Shown one piece after another: positions 57,543 to 64,000 of a stretch of 64,000 nucleotides of DNA (positions within the stretch are counted from its first letter, which is position 1; each line of letters opens with the position of its first letter). The notes beneath the pieces were generated by a model. That model did no database searches, was not told the DNA's origin, and saw nothing but the letters and a program-made list of their open reading frames with translations. Source of the DNA: Spirochaetia bacterium (lineage in GTDB: Bacteria > Spirochaetota > Spirochaetia > DSM-27196 > Salinispiraceae); contig JBBRCZ010000008.1 of NCBI GenBank assembly GCA_038204425.1, forward strand, positions 74,270-138,269, in the 5' to 3' direction. A program made the translations under genes and the position numbers.

Positions 57543-59198
57543 TTAGTCCAATTTATTGGGGATAGCAACACAAATAGGCAAAAGCTCAAGCAGCGATGCA
57601 CCAGCCCCGAGATAGTGCGGGTAGCTGCTGTTTATTGCCAGCATAAAGCGACTATGCCAAAGCGTCAAAGTGCGGGATAGTGGCAGCAAAGGAAGGCCCT
57701 CAAGCCACCTCAATGACCATGCTTGGTTGCTAGCCTTGGCACCAGGCAGTCGGGCTGTATCAGACAAAAGTTCTGACCAACCAAAAGCACTCTTGCTTTC
57801 GTCCAGAAGCAAAAGTGCGGCATCCCAATCGTTTTCAAATCTAATAGTAAGCATCAGCTCGCGAGCCTGCACTTCTCTGACTTGCAGCTGCTGCCCTTTC
57901 AATAGTCCGTCTCTTAGCAAGGCGTTCCATTGCTGCATCCTTTGCGGACTGACCAAAATCCGCAGTGGATACTGCAAGGGCTGGGCACCTTGTGCTTTGC
58001 CCTGTGCATACGAAACAAACTGGCTTGTTCGCTGACCACCATATTCCGGCGACCAAGGCAGACTAGCCGCCATCTGCAGGTCTTTTCCGTTGCCTACGAG
58101 AGGCATCAGCGGCAAAGAGATACTCGCCAGTAAACTGTCAGATCTGAATAGCAGGACCAGCAGCTTGGGCGATTGCTCAAAGGCAAGTGTATAGACCGCA
58201 GTGCGTTCCTGACTGACTGGCACCATATCAAGCTGTCCGGCATCATAAGCCTGCTGAGCAGCTGCCACATCCGCAAAGAAGGTAAACGATAGTTCTTCAA
58301 TAGAAACTTTATACACATCAAAAACTGGGTTCTTTTTGAGCACAAGTTTGGCTCCCGGCTGCCAGTCAGCAATGCTATAAGGCCCGCTGTAAACCATAGT
58401 CTGTGCCGCACTATCGTTGGACATAAAACGCCAGGCCTCTACAAATTCTCGTGTGCCAGTCTTTAAGCTGCCTTTGTTGGGCAACTGGGCCCATTTTTTG
58501 TAGCTGTGGGCCGGCAAGGGCGCAAGATTAACCAGTAAAATAAAGCTATCAAGATCACGCACAATTTGACTAGTAAACGAAATGGCCCCGTCATCTTCTA
58601 TAGAGAGACTTATGCCAGGCACATAAAAGGGAGAAAGTGCCCTCTCATTAAAGTAAAAGTTTTCAAAGCTATAGCGAAAGTCTTCCACCGTTAAGGGCTG
58701 GCCGTCCGACCAACGCAGGCCTGCTCGCAAGTAAAAGGTTAGTTTGTTCTGACCAGAATTGAGCTCGTAGCGTTGGGCAAGCATCTTATGCCATGCTCCA
58801 GGCGCACCAGATAGAAACCGCCCATGGATGAGACGAGAAAAACTTTGATCCAGTCGCTGATCGGCAAAAACGGGATTAAAACTGCTTGGCCCCTCCACAA
58901 TCAAAGGGAGTCTAAGCAATGGCTCAACACTGGTCTGCACTGCGCCGTAGGTCTGACTTTCGCTGCTAAGCAAAGCATGATCCCTGACTTCGGCCCAAGG
59001 TTGTGGACTGCCTGCGGCCTCAAGCAGACTGAGTGCGGTGCGCCTTGCTTGGTACTCACGCTCCAAAGCAGCATCGAGACTCGGGCGTTGTGCCTGACAG
59101 GAGAGCGGCAATGCCGGGGCGATGAATGTAAGGGTGAGCAATGCTAAGACAAGCCGTGTAGGCCCAGGCTGGTTATTTTTAAAAAATGATAGACTCAT
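57543..59198 (-). CDS. Divergent family-5 (peptide/nickel) ABC substrate-binding lipoprotein; start uncertain
   Basis: LTFYLRAGLRWSDGQPLTVED, SGPY....W.PG..LVLKKNP, lipobox-like LPLSC. In-frame ATGs at 59198 and 59216. Confidence 0.7.
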   Translation of the reverse strand: MSLSFFKNNQPGPTRLVLALLTLTFIAPALPLSCQAQRPSLDAALEREYQARRTALSLLEAAGSPQPWAEVRDHALLSSESQTYGAVQTSVEPLLRLPLIVEGPSSFNPVFADQRLDQSFSRLIHGRFLSGAPGAWHKMLAQRYELNSGQNKLTFYLRAGLRWSDGQPLTVEDFRYSFENFYFNERALSPFYVPGISLSIEDDGAISFTSQIVRDLDSFILLVNLAPLPAHSYKKWAQLPNKGSLKTGTREFVEAWRFMSNDSAAQTMVYSGPYSIADWQPGAKLVLKKNPVFDVYKVSIEELSFTFFADVAAAQQAYDAGQLDMVPVSQERTAVYTLAFEQSPKLLVLLFRSDSLLASISLPLMPLVGNGKDLQMAASLPWSPEYGGQRTSQFVSYAQGKAQGAQPLQYPLRILVSPQRMQQWNALLRDGLLKGQQLQVREVQARELMLTIRFENDWDAALLLLDESKSAFGWSELLSDTARLPGAKASNQAWSLRWLEGLPLLPLSRTLTLWHSRFMLAINSSYPHYLGAGASLLELLPICVAIPNKLD

Positions 59199-59327
59199 GT
59201 TAGTAACTAAGCTCATTTTGGCCTTGTTGAAAACCGATAACACACAATTTTGCAATTTTTTTTCAAAGCTTGCCAAAAAATGCTGCTTTGACTTGGCAGT
59301 CAGCTATTTTTTAACTACAGTTTTGCC

Positions 59328-60371
59328 ATGACTCGGCCAAGCATTTGGGCACTAGTTACCATAATGGCAATACTAAGCGTCAACAGCTCTCAGATTTTTT
59401 CTCAAAGCACGGGTCTGGTGGTACCATGGAAGGGCCAGGTTGCCAACATCTTTATACATCCGCTGATTGTCGATACCAAACTGGCGCTCAGCAACAAAAA
59501 GGCACAAGCCTTTGCGTGGGATTTCTTTATTACCATCTATGAGTTTAAAGCAATGCTAGCTGTGCTCTACAAGCAAGGCTACAGCTTGATTAGGGCGGAA
59601 GACCTGGTTGAGGATTTAGGCCCGCAAGCTGGGCCTAAGCGCTTTAAGGCCAAACCCTTGGTTTTGGCCAATGGCAGAAAACCAGTGCTCCTGACGGTTG
59701 ATGACGTCAACTATTACGAGGTTCAGCGCCAAATTGGCACGCTGCGCCGCTTGGACTTAGATAACAAAGGCAGACTTATTGGCGAAGCTCAAGATGGCAG
59801 CACAAGCACGCTCAACAATGTGTTTGGCATCTTAGAACAGTTTATTGCCGAGCATCCCCATTTCTCGCACCAGGGCGCACGCGGCATTGCGGCCCTCACT
59901 GGCTACGAAGGCGTCTTTGGCTGGCGAACCGACCAATTGCAAAGTAAAACCCTTGCTCATGACCGTGCCAAAGCTCGTTTGATTGCCGCCGAACTTAAAC
60001 GAATGGGCTGGTCACTGGCTAGCCATTCTTATGGCCACATTGCAACTGTACAAGCTAGTCTCAGTAACGTAAAACGAGACATCAAAAAGTGGCAAGAACA
60101 AGTAGCATCAATTGTTGGCCCTAGTCATCACCACATCTTACCCTACGGCCAAGAGTTTAAACGTGAGGGCGCTAAGCAAAAAGCCTATAGCGACGCTGGT
60201 TTTGTGTATTTTTGGAGTATAGGAGGCAGCATGAACACCTGGGTAGAAGACGGCTACGTATGGCTTGACCGACTCCCGGTTGGTGGCACCTTGCGCCGCT
60301 GGATAAAACGCCAAGAGCCTAATCTGCTCCTGCAAGGCTTTGAAGACATCTGGGACCCCATCCGCAAGTAA
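59328..60371 (+). CDS. Exported polysaccharide deacetylase-like protein (CE4 fold)
   Basis: Signal peptide. IFIHPL, KPVLLTVDD, ASHSYGH, LPYG motifs. Confidence 0.75.
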   Translation: MTRPSIWALVTIMAILSVNSSQIFSQSTGLVVPWKGQVANIFIHPLIVDTKLALSNKKAQAFAWDFFITIYEFKAMLAVLYKQGYSLIRAEDLVEDLGPQAGPKRFKAKPLVLANGRKPVLLTVDDVNYYEVQRQIGTLRRLDLDNKGRLIGEAQDGSTSTLNNVFGILEQFIAEHPHFSHQGARGIAALTGYEGVFGWRTDQLQSKTLAHDRAKARLIAAELKRMGWSLASHSYGHIATVQASLSNVKRDIKKWQEQVASIVGPSHHHILPYGQEFKREGAKQKAYSDAGFVYFWSIGGSMNTWVEDGYVWLDRLPVGGTLRRWIKRQEPNLLLQGFEDIWDPIRK

Positions 60372-60382
60372 ACGCCTTGTTG

Positions 60383-61318
60383 CTAAAGTCGCGTGAGCTT
60401 AAATCCTTCTTTGCGAAGTATGTCCACAACACTTTGATCGCCCACTAAGTGTCCGGCCCCTACTGCAAAAAAGTAGACGCCATTTTCTTTAAGTATCTGC
60501 TTAACTACGGTAGCCATGTTGTGGTTGCGGTCAACTACCACCGATTGGTAGGCACTGCTCACCGCTGCTTGATCCTGCTTAAACTCGGCAACAAAGGCAG
60601 ATTCTAGACCAACCACATCGCCGTTTCTATACGCTGTCAACAGATTATCTAGTAGGCCAGCCGTCTGATCCCACTTGCCTATTAATTCTTCAAAGGCCAC
60701 CACTTGTTCCTGCACATCACGGGGAAACAAATCAATCATGAGTTGAATTTGAAACTCCGCGGTCTCTAAGCTGCGCACACTTTTGTTATCCTCTTGAGCC
60801 TGTGAAAGCAACCAAGCGTCTACGCCGCGTTCGACGGTATAGCTTTGGTTTGATACTGCCTTCATGCTCAAGAAAAGGCTAACCACCCATGGTTGAACCG
60901 CGTCAAACATAGAAAGATCTTGGCTTGCGGTTATCACTCTTAATTTTTCTAGGACATGGTCCGAGTAGAGCTCAAGTGCACCCTTAAATTCTGGCATGTA
61001 CATTCTGTCCATAAATTTTAACACGGCGGTCGGCAACCTGAGCAATTCTTCTTGATTGACTTCCATCAATAGACTATCGCTTGCTTGGTAAGCTTTTAAG
61101 AAAGCATCAGGCAGTGGATACATTTCCTCTTTGCCAACGTGGACCGTACCCGCAAGGTACACCGTGGCACTAGCCGAGCTAAGCCTCCACAAAAAAGTCT
61201 TGCTGGGCGATGTCTCGGTCTTCCAGTCCTGCCCATAAAGGCCTGCAAGTCCAAGTAGTGACACCATCAACAGACACAAGGTCTTTGTTTTGTGTTGAAA
61301 ATTTGGCAATTTTTTCAT
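60383..61318 (-). CDS. TraB/GumN-family exported protein
   Basis: FLW....TVYLAGTVH, GVD..L, LETAEFQ, RN..M, FFAVGAGHL.G. Start moved to ATG 61318. Confidence 0.88.
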   Translation of the reverse strand: MKKLPNFQHKTKTLCLLMVSLLGLAGLYGQDWKTETSPSKTFLWRLSSASATVYLAGTVHVGKEEMYPLPDAFLKAYQASDSLLMEVNQEELLRLPTAVLKFMDRMYMPEFKGALELYSDHVLEKLRVITASQDLSMFDAVQPWVVSLFLSMKAVSNQSYTVERGVDAWLLSQAQEDNKSVRSLETAEFQIQLMIDLFPRDVQEQVVAFEELIGKWDQTAGLLDNLLTAYRNGDVVGLESAFVAEFKQDQAAVSSAYQSVVVDRNHNMATVVKQILKENGVYFFAVGAGHLVGDQSVVDILRKEGFKLTRL

Positions 61319-61492
61319 TGGCTTCAGCCCTCCGGTGGCGCTCATCAGTATAGTCTAAAACTGCGCACGTAAACCATCGGTTTTGTCAAAACCTACGGCA
61401 GAATGTTGAGCAAAACTGTCATATATAAACTATTGACTATATAGATTTTATACTATATTGTTCAATACATCAGTTGATCGAAAGGACTAACT

Positions 61493-63142
61493 ATGGCAGA
61501 TACATATGTGATTGTTGGAGGAGTAGCAGCTGGGGCCACGGCGGCAGCTCGACTAAGACGCTTGGATGAACATGCACGCATTATCGTTATTGAGCGTGGG
61601 CCCTATGTTTCATTTGCAAATTGTGGTCTACCCTACTTTATCTCTGGTGACATTAGCAAACGCTCAAAGCTATTACTGCAAAGTGTGGAAGGATTTTGGA
61701 GTCGCTATCGCGTAGAAGTGCGCGCCAACACTGAGGCCGTTGCAATCGACAGAGCAGCCAAAAAGATCCTACTAAAGGACTCCCAGCAGCAACTCTGGTT
61801 AGATTATGACCAACTGATACTGGCTCAAGGCGGCAGCCCATTTGTTCCAGAATTGCCCGGCATAGACGCCAAACATGTATTTACGCTCTGGACTGTGCCC
61901 GACATGGACGCCATCCATCGCTACATTAACACTGCTAAACCAGTGCACGCCGTGGTAGTAGGTGGAGGATTTATTGGCCTGGAAATGGCAGAAGCCCTGC
62001 ATGCTCGTGGCTTAGTAAGCACGGTGCTCGAACAAGCACCCAACATTATGATGCAGGCAGACCCCGAGATTTCTTCTGCCGCGCAAGCCAGTCTTGAAAC
62101 CCATGGCATCAAGATAATGACCAACAAGTCACTACAAGCAATCCAAGAGTCAAAAGTGCTCTTGAAGGATGGAAGCTCAATACCAGCTGATTTGGTCTTG
62201 GTATCCATAGGAGTTAGACCTGAGCTGACACTCGCCAAGCAAGCCGGCTTAGAAATTGGCAGCAGAGGAGGCCTAGTAGTAGACGAATACCTCCGAACCA
62301 GTGATCCAAACATTTGGGCGGCCGGCGACATGGTAGAAATCGTGCACAAAGTCCTCGGTACCAAGGTGAGAGTTCCTTTGGCTGGACCGGCCAACCGCCA
62401 AGGCCGGATTGTAGCCTCAAATGCAAGTGGAAAAAAGATCGCCTACAATGGAGCGCTTGGGACCTCGGTGCTTAAACTACTTGACCACACCTTGGCATCA
62501 ACTGGACTTAGCGAAGCACAAGCCCGGCAAGCTGGTATGGATGTAGCTGCAGTTACCGTGCACAAAGATCATCACGCATCGTATTATCCTGGTGCCTCCA
62601 AATTGACCTTAAAGTTGGTCTTTGGACTAAGCGATGGCAAGATACTTGGCGCGCAAGCCTTTGGTACCGAGGGAGTAGAAAAACGGATCGACGTGGTTGC
62701 TATGGCACTGCAAGGCCAACTAAGTCTAGACGATTTGGCAGAAGTAGATCTGGCCTACGCACCACCCTATTCTAGCGCCAACGATCCACTCAACATCGCG
62801 GCCTTTAGCGCCAACAATAGAATAGAAGGCTACTCACCATCTTGGAGCGTGCAAGAATTTGTAAGCACCTACGAGGCAAACAAGGACTTACTCTTGGATG
62901 TACGCGGCTTGGCAGAATGGGAACGCGGACACATGGCTTTGGCTACGCACATACCACTCGACGAGCTGCGCGACAAGTTGGCAACACTGGACAAAAGCGC
63001 CAGACTCGTGGTGTATTGCGATAGCGGGTACCGCTCACATTTGGCGGTTCGCATGCTCATGCAAGAAGGATTTAAACAAGTAATCAATATTTCCGGAGGC
63101 CTAACCAGCCTCACCTATGCTGGTTGTAAACTAGCTCAATAG
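61493..63142 (+). CDS. CoA-disulfide reductase-like flavoprotein with a C-terminal rhodanese domain (CoADR-RHD)
   Basis: GGVAAGA, SFANCGLPY redox Cys, GGGFIGLE, TS...IWAAGD, YAPPYS, C-terminal LLDVR...GH...YCDSGYRS. Confidence 0.92.
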   Translation: MADTYVIVGGVAAGATAAARLRRLDEHARIIVIERGPYVSFANCGLPYFISGDISKRSKLLLQSVEGFWSRYRVEVRANTEAVAIDRAAKKILLKDSQQQLWLDYDQLILAQGGSPFVPELPGIDAKHVFTLWTVPDMDAIHRYINTAKPVHAVVVGGGFIGLEMAEALHARGLVSTVLEQAPNIMMQADPEISSAAQASLETHGIKIMTNKSLQAIQESKVLLKDGSSIPADLVLVSIGVRPELTLAKQAGLEIGSRGGLVVDEYLRTSDPNIWAAGDMVEIVHKVLGTKVRVPLAGPANRQGRIVASNASGKKIAYNGALGTSVLKLLDHTLASTGLSEAQARQAGMDVAAVTVHKDHHASYYPGASKLTLKLVFGLSDGKILGAQAFGTEGVEKRIDVVAMALQGQLSLDDLAEVDLAYAPPYSSANDPLNIAAFSANNRIEGYSPSWSVQEFVSTYEANKDLLLDVRGLAEWERGHMALATHIPLDELRDKLATLDKSARLVVYCDSGYRSHLAVRMLMQEGFKQVINISGGLTSLTYAGCKLAQ

Positions 63143-63163
63143 AAGATCAAAAGGAACAGAACC

Positions 63164-63439
63164 ATGGCAAACACAATTTTGGATAAGATCAAACAAGGCG
63201 CAATGATTGTTGACGTGCGTAGCCCCGAAGAATTTGCAGATGAAGCCTACCCTGGCGCTGTCAATATCCCACTAGTTGCCCTTTTTGCGCGCATGAACGA
63301 ACTAGGAAGCAAAGAGAGTCAGATAATCTTGTATTGTGCATCAGGAGCGCGAAGCTCGTATGCAGCCAGCCAACTAAAGACAGCAGGGTTTAGCAACGTC
63401 GTCAACGCCGGTGGCCTTGACGATATGCCCAAGGCCTAG
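63164..63439 (+). CDS. Single-domain rhodanese (sulfurtransferase)
   Basis: IVDVRSPEEF, YCASGARS active-site loop, NAGG. Confidence 0.92.
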   Translation: MANTILDKIKQGAMIVDVRSPEEFADEAYPGAVNIPLVALFARMNELGSKESQIILYCASGARSSYAASQLKTAGFSNVVNAGGLDDMPKA

Positions 63440-63460
63440 TGCCTGACGTTACTCAGCAAA

Positions 63461-63715
63461 TTAGACTGAGCTAAACACAGAACTATCTTGACAGATTCCC
63501 AATGTGCTTGCAAGTTGGGGGGCTTGGCTATCATATTTTACGGTAAAACTTTTGAGCGTCTCAGATAGTCCACGGCTGTCGATGCCGTAGAGTTGAATAC
63601 TGTTGATGCCTTCTGTCATAGCTGTAAATGTTTGTGCTTGTCCGCTGCGATCAAGGGCTTTGCCCCTGAACCCCAGCAAATTTGCGATGGTGATATTTTT
63701 AATATTTTGATAATG
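63461..63715 (-). pseudogene. Probable fragment of an Ig-like repeat gene
   Basis: Translates to ...TEGINSIQLYGIDSRG...SFTVKYDSQAPQL, like one Ig-repeat end (D..aP). No signal peptide. Abuts the Rpn remnant. Confidence 0.35.
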
Positions 63716-64000
63716 CTTTGGCAATTTCTGGGTCGTCTTTGAGTAAAATTGTCATGGTTTCGTCCCCCTTACCTTCGTTCCTTAAGAAATATAACCATAT
63801 GTTATACATACGGCCTTTGTCATCGGTGGCTTTTATATCCAGTATGGTCTTTTTTTCAAAAGCAGCTGTTTTTATGTTAGTCTGGTTTAAGACTTCGACT
63901 TCGGTCAACGTTTCAAAGCCATATTCTGTTTGTATGCTATTGAGAAAGGCGAGTAAATGCTGGTTATTTTAAACTGACCCAAACAACTAGGCAATAGATA
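63699..64000 (-). pseudogene. Decayed Rpn/PD-(D/E)XK nuclease-family (putative transposase) gene
   Basis: Frame reads SIA*LFGSV*NNQHLLAFLNSI...VEVLNQTN...KKTILDIKATDDKGRMYNI|WLYFLRNEG...DPEIAKA. It has two in-frame stops, and the catalytic E(V/M)Q plus the central region are missing. Confidence 0.75.

Noticed and set aside
60383..61318. TraB-family gene as a sign of a conjugative element
   Set aside because: TraB/GumN proteins are common chromosomal metalloprotease-like proteins, and there are no conjugation genes nearby.

Overview
A gene-dense, mostly core-chromosome window from a bacterium that is probably a spirochaete. This is inferred from the giant Ig-repeat outer-membrane protein, the XPB helicase plus partner, and the style of the housekeeping proteins. 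It holds about 50 CDSs, including proA (partial), mazG, bioB, metA, tig-clpP-clpX-lon, argF, carAB, galE, metK, ppnP, an aroDE fusion and a CoA-disulfide reductase/rhodanese pair. It also has six tRNA genes and a decayed Rpn-family nuclease remnant at the right edge. No CRISPR array, rRNA, prophage or intact transposase was seen. The most notable observation is a Zn/Mn-type ABC uptake locus with no Zur/Fur or DtxR gene in it. Instead it embeds a small ribbon-helix-helix protein with a Cys/His-rich tail. Three copies of a 17-bp palindrome (GTATTAC-N3-GTAATAC) overlap the two putative promoters of the locus, suggesting an autoregulated RHH metal-sensing repressor with its own operator. Other items worth checking are: an XPB helicase coupled to a p52/WYL-like partner; a split-transketolase/epimerase/GtrB-like sugar cassette; a VWA protein-two-component operon with 11-bp phased boxes; a 2198-aa Ig-repeat protein with a Thr/Ser-rich insertion; an SLH-like lipoprotein; candidate ArgR and SahR-like operators; and a possible CTG start codon.
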